Of a stretch of 33,071 nt of DNA, positions 8,486 to 15,955 are shown piece by piece. The DNA lies in the NCBI GenBank assembly GCA_001770355.1, contig MEQV01000212.1, positions 7,385 to 40,455 of the forward strand. Reading direction: 5' to 3'. This DNA comes from Betaproteobacteria bacterium RIFCSPLOWO2_02_FULL_62_17. Its GTDB lineage: Bacteria > Pseudomonadota > Gammaproteobacteria > Burkholderiales > SG8-39. The notes beneath the pieces are model-generated. The model made no database searches and was not told the DNA's origin. It worked only from the letters and a program-made list of their open reading frames with translations. The stretch's first letter is position 1, and every line of letters begins with the position of its first letter. Position numbers and translations under genes: made by a program.

Positions 8486-8533
8486 CGCTTGCGTGCGGAT
8501 GATGAAACTATCCACACGCAAACGACGATCTTT
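8480..8533 (+). terminator. Imperfect 16-bp stem hairpin followed by TTT, possible terminator of the SDR operon
   Basis: GATCGTCGCTTGCGTG (8480-8495) pairs with CACGCAAACGACGATC (8515-8530) with one mismatch and a 19-nt loop, then TTTAATAAA. The T-tract is weak. Confidence 0.35.
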
Positions 8534-8566
8534 AATAAACCCGCTTTCGTCTCTTTGAGACAGACT

Positions 8567-9565
8567 TTACGGCACGAGAATCAGCGACCCTGCGTACTTC
8601 CGGCTTTCCAGGTCGCGATGGGCCTGCGCCGCGTCGCTTAATGGATAGCTCCTGCTGATCTCCACTTTCAGCACGCCGCGCCTCACCAGATCGAAGAGTT
8701 CGCTGCTTGCGCTCTGGAATTCGCCCGGTTCTTCGATATAGGTGCTGAATGCCGGCCGCGACACAGAAAGAGAACCCTTCTTGGCGAGCAGCAGCAGATC
8801 GACCGGCGGCACATGGCCGGAGGCGTTGCCGTAGTTGACCAGCATGCCGAAGCGCCGCACGCAGTCGATGGAGGCCATGAAGGTATCCTTGCCCACGCCG
8901 TCGAACACCGCCGATACGCCGCGCGGCACGATCTTTTTCACCGCTTCGACGAAATTGGTTTCGCGATAGAGGATGGTGTGGTCGCAGCCGTGCGCGCGGG
9001 CGATGCGTGCTTTTTCCGGCGAGCCCACGGTGCCGATGACGGTGGCGCCCAGATGCTTCGACCACTGGGTAAGCAGCAGGCCGACGCCGCTCGATGCCGC
9101 GTGGATGAGCAGGGTGTCACCCGGTTTGGGCGTGTAGACGCGGTTGATGACCATGGCCGCGGTCAGGCCCTTGAGCAGCAGGGCCGCCGCGAGTGGCTCC
9201 GAGCTGCCCTCGGGGAGTTTCAACAGGCAGCGCGCCGGTACATTGCGTTCGTCGGCGTAGGAACCGGTGGCTTCATAAAAAGGCCCGCCGGTGCCGACAT
9301 AGGCAACGCGGTCGCCCGCGGCAACCCCCGTGGCACCGGTGCCGAGCGCCGTCACGACGCCGGCGGCTTCGTTGCCGAGAATGAGCGGATAACGCTGCGG
9401 ATTGGCTATGTAGAAGCCGCCGCGGCGCACATTGACATCCGAAAAATTAATGGCAATGGCGGTGTGGCGCACACGCGCCTCGCCGGCGGCGGGCGGCGGC
9501 AGTTCGCAATCCTCATAGCGCAGGACTTCGGGGCCGCCGTTTTCGTGGATGCGAATCGCCTTCAT
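8567..9565 (-). CDS. NADPH:quinone oxidoreductase / zinc-type alcohol dehydrogenase superfamily (Qor-like)
   Basis: MKAIRIHENGGPEVLRYEDCELP..., GNEAAGVV and AASSGVGL nucleotide-binding motifs. ATG at 9565 is preferred over the upstream TTG at 9580. Confidence 0.83.
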   Translation of the reverse strand: MKAIRIHENGGPEVLRYEDCELPPPAAGEARVRHTAIAINFSDVNVRRGGFYIANPQRYPLILGNEAAGVVTALGTGATGVAAGDRVAYVGTGGPFYEATGSYADERNVPARCLLKLPEGSSEPLAAALLLKGLTAAMVINRVYTPKPGDTLLIHAASSGVGLLLTQWSKHLGATVIGTVGSPEKARIARAHGCDHTILYRETNFVEAVKKIVPRGVSAVFDGVGKDTFMASIDCVRRFGMLVNYGNASGHVPPVDLLLLAKKGSLSVSRPAFSTYIEEPGEFQSASSELFDLVRRGVLKVEISRSYPLSDAAQAHRDLESRKYAGSLILVP

Positions 9566-9643
9566 GATCCGGGCTTTCAAAATGTCGGGCCTGCGGAGGA
9601 TAATGCGATCCGCGCGCGATCACAAACCACATGAGGTCAGTTC

Positions 9644-10441
9644 ATGAGTCTTCCGGACTATCAGGTCACCAACGACGCCGGCAAGGTGACGATCTACCTT
9701 CAGCATGGCATCTACGGTGCGAAGGAGTATTGGCGTTTCCAGGTGAAGCGCCTCGCGGAACGCGGCTACCGTGTTATCGCCCTGGACGCGCCGGGCTACG
9801 GTCTGTCGCCGCTGCCCGACAATTTAAGCTTCGATCTTATCGCCGAAGCCAGCGCCAGCCTGGTCCGAGCGACCGCCGGCGAACGCAACATCTTTTTCGG
9901 CCACAGCATGGGTGGGCAGATCACGCCGCGCATCATGGGGAAGGTTCCCGGCAGGATCCATGCGGCGGTCATCTGCGCCACCATCGGCTACTTCGGCAAC
10001 CGCACCAAGGAAGAACAGGAGGAGTTTGTCGCCAAGCGCACCGCGCCGCCACCGCCGGGCACCGATCCCATGACCGCGCAGTTGCTGGTGGTGAATTCGA
10101 TGATGGGACCGGGCGCCTCGGGAGCGGAAGTGGAGTTAGTGCGCGAAATCGCCGCCGCCACGCCGATCAAGACCGTGCAGGCCGCGGTGAAGGCGGTGCA
10201 GGCTTATCCGGAGTCCGAGGCGGTCGCCCACTTCAAGGCCATCTCGGTGCCGACGCTGCTGGTCGCCGGTGAAGTCGATCAGACCGGGCACGCCGCGGGC
10301 ATGAAGCGTGTTGCCGACATGATCAAGGGCGCGGAATTCGGCGTGGTCTCTGGGTCGGGGCACTATCCCTGGGCGGAGAATCCTGGAGAATTCAACAAGA
10401 TTTTCTTTTCGTTCCTCGATCGCAACGCACCGGCCCGTTAG
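9644..10441 (+). CDS. Alpha/beta-fold hydrolase
   Basis: GHSMGG nucleophile elbow, HG oxyanion-type motif (YLQHGIYG), and C-terminal GSGHYPWAENPGEF carrying the catalytic His. Confidence 0.8.
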   Translation: MSLPDYQVTNDAGKVTIYLQHGIYGAKEYWRFQVKRLAERGYRVIALDAPGYGLSPLPDNLSFDLIAEASASLVRATAGERNIFFGHSMGGQITPRIMGKVPGRIHAAVICATIGYFGNRTKEEQEEFVAKRTAPPPPGTDPMTAQLLVVNSMMGPGASGAEVELVREIAAATPIKTVQAAVKAVQAYPESEAVAHFKAISVPTLLVAGEVDQTGHAAGMKRVADMIKGAEFGVVSGSGHYPWAENPGEFNKIFFSFLDRNAPAR

Positions 10442-10464
10442 ATCCCCAGCGTTGACAGAACCCA

Positions 10465-10920
10465 ATGTTCAGAGCCTTTCTGACGATGTTTTGCCTCTGG
10501 ATGGCGCTCCTTCCGGCTTATGCCCAGGTGTACCGATGGGTGGATGAAAAGGGGGTGACGCACTACGGCGAGCGGGCGCCGCAGGGGCGCAAAGCCCAGG
10601 AAGTGCAAAACAAACTCGCCAATCCTGCCAGCGCGAAGTCCGCAAGCGCCAAACCGCCGAACTGGCAGGATCAGGAGTCTGAGTTTCAGGGCCGGCGCCT
10701 CAAGGCCGAACAGGCCGCGCAGGCCGAGGCGAAAAAGCAGGCACAGGAAGCCAATCAGCGCCAGGCCTGCAACGAGGCGCGCGACAATCTCGCGCGGATG
10801 AGAGCGTCGTCGCGCATGTATAAGCTGAATGAGAAAGGCGAGCGCGCGTACGAAAGCGAGCAGCAGCGCGATGCGACAATCGCCCGCTATGAACAGCTTA
10901 TCGCAACGCGCTGCCGGTGA
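10465..10920 (+). CDS. DUF4124-domain secreted protein
   Basis: A signal peptide, then VYRWVDEKGVTHYGERAP, the DUF4124 hallmark. The C-terminal half is Q/A/E-rich and coiled-coil-like. Confidence 0.72.
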   Translation: MFRAFLTMFCLWMALLPAYAQVYRWVDEKGVTHYGERAPQGRKAQEVQNKLANPASAKSASAKPPNWQDQESEFQGRRLKAEQAAQAEAKKQAQEANQRQACNEARDNLARMRASSRMYKLNEKGERAYESEQQRDATIARYEQLIATRCR

Positions 10921-11059
10921 TGGATAATCCCAATATTGAAATGGAAAACACCTATTTATATTTGATAATCCTTGTGTTTTAATCGGCAATCAGCAAAAAC
11001 CGGCACCGCGCCGAGAGTAGCCGGCTAGCCAGCGCGGACTACCTTGCTTGGCATCCTGT

Positions 11060-11464
11060 CTAAGGCACGATATCGAAGGGTCGTCCACGGGCTCGGTAGA
11101 CGGTGAAATCCTGCCGGTCTATCGTGACGATGCGCAAAATTCCCGTCAACTCCGCCGCCCAGACCAAGGATGCATCGGCGAGATCGATCGGGCGATCCGC
11201 GTACTGCTCCATCAACGCAATGATTCGAGTTATGCCGGGAGTAATATCGAGTACCTCCAGCCGCCCCCGTTCAATAAGCCGCATGACCGCGATTTCATGC
11301 CGGCGTTCGACCAAATGCACGGCCTCGGTCAGCGCGGGCCAAGTCGTTATTGCTTGTCCAAAAAATTCGTTGAAAAAACCCAGCAATGCCGCGTGTTCGC
11401 TATCACTTTTATTGAAATAAGCGATTAACGCGCCAGCATCAACGAGGACGCTGGTGCTTGCCAC
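11060..11464 (-). CDS. vapC: PIN-domain toxin (VapC-like), type II toxin-antitoxin
   Basis: 134 aa with acidic PIN positions in VLVDAGALIAY, TEAVHL, IDLADASLV and TIDRQDF. GTG start. Confidence 0.78.
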   Translation of the reverse strand: MASTSVLVDAGALIAYFNKSDSEHAALLGFFNEFFGQAITTWPALTEAVHLVERRHEIAVMRLIERGRLEVLDITPGITRIIALMEQYADRPIDLADASLVWAAELTGILRIVTIDRQDFTVYRARGRPFDIVP

Positions 11465-11663
11465 GAAGCAGCGCCTTTAAATACTTCTTGCGGTTGGTGG
11501 CCAGGTCTGGCGGTCCGCTGATGCATCCGACCAAGCGAAGCTTGCTTGCTTCCTCGCCAAAACTGGTCTTGAATGCGGCGCCCTCGGGCAATTTTCTCTT
11601 GGCGGTGACGGCAGTCATAGTGTTGACCCGGGTAAAGTTGTAGGAGGACGCAGGCAAATTCAT
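11439..11663 (-). CDS. Putative antitoxin, assigned by position upstream of and overlapping vapC
   Basis: Small ORF (74 aa, or 60 aa from the ATG at 11618) immediately upstream of the PIN gene and overlapping it by 26 nt. I recognise no family and see no clear RBS for either start. Confidence 0.45.
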   Translation of the reverse strand: MNLPASSYNFTRVNTMTAVTAKRKLPEGAAFKTSFGEEASKLRLVGCISGPPDLATNRKKYLKALLRGKHQRPR

Positions 11664-11761
11664 TTTATCATCGTAAGGAAAGTCCCGGCGGAACTCACTC
11701 GGGGGAACTCACCATGCCTGATCGTCGGTGGCGAATTCATAGTAAGACAGGAACTGAATGC

Positions 11762-11984
11762 TGCTGCGCGACCGGAATTGACCACCGTGCGCGAATTCCA
11801 CTGACCACCTATTTTCAACTAATTTTTTAGTGTAACTGTTGTTTGCACGGTCTAGATTGACCAGACTGCGCGTTTGGAATGACCAGGGCGAAGCATCTTC
11901 AAGCGTTTGGTTAAACTGGGAAACTGGCTGAACATGGCTGGTCAGCGCAATTCGCGCACGGTGGTCAATTCGGATTGCGCAGCA
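11762..11984. repeat. MITE-like element: 48-bp imperfect terminal inverted repeats around a 127-bp AT-rich core
   Basis: The left arm (11762-11809) matches the reverse complement of the right arm (11937-11984) at 42 of 48 positions by hand alignment, with a perfect 23-bp core GAATTGACCACCGTGCGCGAATT. A third partial copy of the arm motif (ATTGACCAGACTGCGCG) lies at 11856-11872. Confidence 0.6.
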
Positions 11985-12048
11985 ACAGTTGCGGTAACGG
12001 CGGAATTATCGCCAACTCGCAGCGCAGCAGACGTGACAACCGGCTCCA

Positions 12049-13020
12049 TCATTCAACCAGCGGCACTTTGGCGTCGCGGATGATTTTTGCGAAAACGTCG
12101 ATATCCGAGCGGTATTTCGCGCCGAATTCCTCCGGCGTGCCGCCCACCGGTTCATAGCCCCAGCCGGGCCATTTTTCCATCACATCCGGCAGGCGGATGG
12201 CCTTGATGAACTCGCCGCGGACCTGGGCGACGATATCGCGGGGCAGGTTGCCGGGTCCAAAGATGCCGATCCATCCGGCAATGTCGAATTCGCGCATGCC
12301 CGACTCCACCAGGGTTGGCACCTCCGGCAAGGCCGCGCCGCGTTTGGGTCCGGTGACGCCCAGCGCGCGCAACTTGCCCGAGCGCACGTGCTGGAGCGCC
12401 GCGGACAGCGGCAGAAATGCGAGCTGCACTTCGTCGGTCAGCAGCGCCGGGGTCAGCGGCGCATCGCCCTTGTAGGGAATATGCACGATGCGCGTGCCGG
12501 CGACGCTGTTGAACAGTTCCGCGGTGAGATGCGGTGGCGCGCCCAGGCCGGTGGAACCGAAGTTGAGCTTGCCCGGCTGTGCCTTCGCCATGGCGATGAT
12601 TTCCTTGACGCTGCCCGGCAGGCGCGGATGACCTACCAGCACCAGGTAGGATGAGGTCAACTGGACAATCGGCGTGAAATCCTTGATCGCATCGAACGGC
12701 AGTTTGCGGTACAGGCTGGCGCTGATCGACTGCCCTTGGATGTTGAGCAGCAGCGAGTAACCATCCGGGGCGGATTTCGCGACGGCGTCGGCGCCGATGT
12801 TGCCGCCGGCGCCGGCGCGGTTCTCCACCACCACCTGCTGTTTCCAGCTTTCGGTCACTTTTTGCGCCAGGGTTCGCGCCACCAGATCGGTCGCGCCGCC
12901 CGGCGGAAACGGGACCACCAGCCGCACCGGCTTTACCGGGTAGCTTTGCGCCTGGGCAAGCGCGGCGGCAAGGAAACACAGCGCTGCAAAGCTGCGGGAA
13001 ACAACGGCGAGGGTGGACAT
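12049..13020 (-). CDS. Bug/TctC-family tripartite tricarboxylate transporter substrate-binding protein
   Basis: A signal peptide, then AQSYPVKPVRLVVPFPPGGATDLVAR, the canonical Bug N-terminal motif. ATG at 13020 is preferred over the longer ORF. Confidence 0.85.
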   Translation of the reverse strand: MSTLAVVSRSFAALCFLAAALAQAQSYPVKPVRLVVPFPPGGATDLVARTLAQKVTESWKQQVVVENRAGAGGNIGADAVAKSAPDGYSLLLNIQGQSISASLYRKLPFDAIKDFTPIVQLTSSYLVLVGHPRLPGSVKEIIAMAKAQPGKLNFGSTGLGAPPHLTAELFNSVAGTRIVHIPYKGDAPLTPALLTDEVQLAFLPLSAALQHVRSGKLRALGVTGPKRGAALPEVPTLVESGMREFDIAGWIGIFGPGNLPRDIVAQVRGEFIKAIRLPDVMEKWPGWGYEPVGGTPEEFGAKYRSDIDVFAKIIRDAKVPLVE

Positions 13021-13039
13021 GTGATCACTCCTAAAAAAA

Positions 13040-14008
13040 TTATTCGGGTTTGACGCCCAGCCCGGCAAACACTTTCTGCCAGGTATCGTCGCGATCCTTC
13101 AGGTGCTGGCGCATCGACTCGGGCGTTCCCGCGTCATCGACGGTGAAGCCCATCTGCAGCAAGGCCTGATGGTAGCTCTTGTCGGCGATGATCTTGCTCA
13201 TTGCCGCGTGCGCCGTGCGGATCACCGCCTCTGGCGTGCCTTTGGGCGCGGCGAGCAGGCCGGTGCCGCTCAGGCGAAAGCCCGGAAAGGTTTCCGAGAT
13301 ATTGGGCACGTCCGGCCACAGAGGGAAGCGCTTGGAGCCGTCCACCGCCAGCACGCGCAGCTTGCCGGCTTTCATGAGCGCATCCACCGTCGGCGGCGAG
13401 GAGATGATCATGTTGATGCGTCCCTCGAGCACATCCTGGAACTGTTGCGCCGGCGACTTGTAGGCGACCGCCAGCATCTGGGTCCCCGCAAGCTGGTTGA
13501 GCCAGCGGCCGAAAAGAATGACGAAATTGACCGAGGTGGTGCCGTAGCTCAATTTGCCCGGGTCTTTTTTCGCCAGCGCGAAAAGCTCGGGCAGGGTCTT
13601 TGCCGGCACGCTCGGGTGCACCACCACCGAGAGCGAGCCTTCCTTGTAGATCATCGAGATGAGATCGAAATCCCTCTGCGGGTCGTAGCCCAGATCCTTG
13701 ACGGTATAGGGGTTGGTGACCAGCGTGTCCACGCCGCAGAAGAGCAGCGTGTAGCCGTCTGCCGGCGCCCTGGCTACGGTGCGCGGCGCGATGATGCCTC
13801 CCGCGCCGGTGATGTTCTCGGGAACGAACGGCTGCCCGAGGTCCTTGGAGAGGCGGTCCGCGACAATCCGGCCGATCCGGTCGGGACTGGTGCCTGAGCC
13901 CGTGGAGATGACAAATCGCACCGGTTTCGCCGGCCAGGATTGCGCGGCGACCAGGCCGGAGAACGCCAGCATGCCGGCGCAGCATAGGAAGTAAAGGATT
14001 CTGTGCAT
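13040..14008 (-). CDS. Bug/TctC-family substrate-binding protein (divergent subclass)
   Basis: A signal peptide, then AQSWPAKPVRFVISTGSGTSPDRIGRIVADRL. ATG at 14008. Close paralog of the next gene. Confidence 0.82.
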   Translation of the reverse strand: MHRILYFLCCAGMLAFSGLVAAQSWPAKPVRFVISTGSGTSPDRIGRIVADRLSKDLGQPFVPENITGAGGIIAPRTVARAPADGYTLLFCGVDTLVTNPYTVKDLGYDPQRDFDLISMIYKEGSLSVVVHPSVPAKTLPELFALAKKDPGKLSYGTTSVNFVILFGRWLNQLAGTQMLAVAYKSPAQQFQDVLEGRINMIISSPPTVDALMKAGKLRVLAVDGSKRFPLWPDVPNISETFPGFRLSGTGLLAAPKGTPEAVIRTAHAAMSKIIADKSYHQALLQMGFTVDDAGTPESMRQHLKDRDDTWQKVFAGLGVKPE

Positions 14009-14046
14009 TTTGTTATCCCCCGGGGTTGGTCCGCGCATGGTGCCGA

Positions 14047-15012
14047 TTATTCGGGCTTGATGGCCAGGCCGTCAAACACCTGCTTCCAGTAATCACGCCG
14101 TTCGCGGACCCGTTTTTGAATCGACTCCGGTGTGCCGGCGCCGTCGATGGTGAATCCCATGGTGAGCAGCGCATCCTGATACGTCTTGTCGTTGACGATT
14201 TTTTCCATGCCGCGTTGCGCGGCGCGGATAACCTCCTGGGGCGTGCCTCTGGGGGCGACCATCACCCCCATGCCGCTCAGCCTGAACCCCGGAAACGAGT
14301 CGGAGATATTGGGCACTTCGGGCCAGGCCGGGAAACGCCTGGCGCCGTCGACGGCAAGCACGCGCAGCTTGCCTGCTTTCATATGCGGTTCCAGCGTCGG
14401 CGGGGATGAAATCACCATCTGAATGCGGCCGGACAGAACATCCTGAAACTGCTGGGCCGGGCTTTTGTAGGCGACCGCGAGCATCTCGGTGCTGGCCAGC
14501 TTGTTTATCCAACGGCCAAACAGGATGATGAAGTTCACCGAGGTGGTGCCGTAACTCAGCTTGCCCGGTTCTTTTTTCGCCAGCGCCAGGAACTCGGGGA
14601 ATGTCTTGGCGGGAACGGACGGGTGCACGGCGATGCCCAGTGAGCCTTCCTCGTAGATCATCGAAATCGGCTCGAAATCGCGGTCCGCGTCATAGCCCGG
14701 ATCTTTTATCGTGAAAAGATCGGTCACCAGGGCGCTCACTCCGGCAAAGAACAGCGTGTATCCGTCCGCGGGGGCCCGCGCCGCTGTGCGCGTGGCGATA
14801 ATGCCGCCGCCGCCGGTGATGTTGTCGACGACGATGCTTTGCCCCAGGTCGCGGGAAAGCCGGTCGGCGACGATGCGTCCGATGCGGTCAGGGCTGGTTC
14901 CGCCGCCGGTGGAGATGATAAAGCGTACCGGCTTGTTCGGCCAGTTCTGAGCCGCCGCTTCGGCGCTGGCAAAGGCCAACGCGGCGCATAGCAGGCTTGC
15001 GATGATTTTCAT
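14047..15012 (-). CDS. Bug/TctC-family substrate-binding protein (divergent subclass)
   Basis: A signal peptide, then AQNWPNKPVRFIISTGGGTSPDRIGRIVADRL. ATG at 15012 is preceded by a GGGGGGAGG RBS. Collinear with the 13040-14008 product over its full length. Confidence 0.82.
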   Translation of the reverse strand: MKIIASLLCAALAFASAEAAAQNWPNKPVRFIISTGGGTSPDRIGRIVADRLSRDLGQSIVVDNITGGGGIIATRTAARAPADGYTLFFAGVSALVTDLFTIKDPGYDADRDFEPISMIYEEGSLGIAVHPSVPAKTFPEFLALAKKEPGKLSYGTTSVNFIILFGRWINKLASTEMLAVAYKSPAQQFQDVLSGRIQMVISSPPTLEPHMKAGKLRVLAVDGARRFPAWPEVPNISDSFPGFRLSGMGVMVAPRGTPQEVIRAAQRGMEKIVNDKTYQDALLTMGFTIDGAGTPESIQKRVRERRDYWKQVFDGLAIKPE

Positions 15013-15213
15013 GATGTTGCCTCCCCCCAGGGCGTGGATGACGTGCTGCGGCCCCAGTGTAGCCGCTGGTTGTCGGGTACCGCAACGATTTCCCATTGAC
15101 GGGATTTCGTGCCATTCCTGAAACTTTTGCGCACGGATGTTACCCTTGCGCGGCCCGCAAATCTGCCCGCGGCATTTCCGTCAACCCAAGACATCCGATC
15201 CAAGGAAAACTCC

Positions 15214-15828
15214 ATGGCGAGGCAGCGCGCACTTCCCGTCGATGTTCATCCCGAGACGCTGTCGCGACTTCCGCCCCTGCGGCGCGAGGACCTGGACGAA
15301 GCCCGGCAAAAAGCCTATGACGCGCTTAGCCGGCCGCCGCAAGGCGGACTGAATCTGGCCGGCATCAAAGGCCCGGGCGGGGTGCTTTTGCGCATGCCAA
15401 AACTGGGCAAATTCTTCGACGAGGTAAATCGCATTCTGCGTTCGGAGTTGGGCCTTGATCCGCGCCTGGTCGAAGTGGCCATCCTGGCCACGGCGCGCGA
15501 AATGTCCAGCCAGTTCGAATGGGCCATGCATGAGCCCGTGGCGATCGAAAAGGGTGTCGCGGCGAAAACCGTCGACATGATCAGGCGCCGCAAGCCGCTC
15601 TCAGGCGTGCCGGAAAAGGAAGCGGCTCTGGTTGAACTGGTGCGCGAAGCCGTGGGCGCGAAAAACGTCACTTCGGCGACTTACGCGCGTGCGCTCGCCT
15701 TGTTTGGCGAAGAAGGGCTGCTTCACTATGCGGCGTTGATCGGCAATTACGCGCAAACGGCGATCATCCTGGGCATAGTAGGCCAGCAACTGCACGATCA
15801 CCCGAGGCCAGCACCGCGCAGTCGGTGA
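15214..15828 (+). CDS. Carboxymuconolactone decarboxylase (CMD/AhpD-like) family protein with a replaced C-terminus
   Basis: RLVEVAILATAREMSSQFEWAMHEPVAIEKGV matches the CMD-family E(F/Y)EW..H motif. It is a paralog of the 32444-33071 gene up to QQLHD, after which the tail HPRPAPRSR* is read from the antisense of a hyuA fragment. Confidence 0.72.
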   Translation: MARQRALPVDVHPETLSRLPPLRREDLDEARQKAYDALSRPPQGGLNLAGIKGPGGVLLRMPKLGKFFDEVNRILRSELGLDPRLVEVAILATAREMSSQFEWAMHEPVAIEKGVAAKTVDMIRRRKPLSGVPEKEAALVELVREAVGAKNVTSATYARALALFGEEGLLHYAALIGNYAQTAIILGIVGQQLHDHPRPAPRSR

Positions 15829-15865
15829 ACGTTCCTCCGATATCAATGCCTATGTAGTAGGCCAT
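15764..15865 (-). pseudogene. Remnant 5' end of a hydantoinase-A (HyuA-like) gene
   Basis: The minus strand reads MAYYIGIDIGGTFTDCAVLASGDRAVAGLLCPG*. The intact HyuA at 25449 starts MSYFIGIDIGGTFTDCVVLDSDGRI. Convincing similarity covers about 22 codons (15800-15865). Confidence 0.7.
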
Positions 15866-15955
15866 TTCAGAAAAAGCCGCCGCTCGGCGCTCCTGAGCGC
15901 ATGCGCGAGCGCCTCCCGCGCCGCCTTTCAACGCGCGAAGCGACGGATGCCGCGC

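Noticed and set aside
10452-10457. TTGACA hexamer upstream of the DUF4124 gene as a -35 box
   Set aside because: It lies only 7 nt from the ATG, leaving no room for a -10 element and a 5' UTR.
10921-12048. Looked for an integrase, transposase, tRNA attachment site or flanking direct repeats that would define the AT-rich islet as a mobile element
   Set aside because: None was found by eye. Only a 7-bp AACCGGC is shared by both flanks, which is not convincing. The islet is reported only as compositionally atypical.
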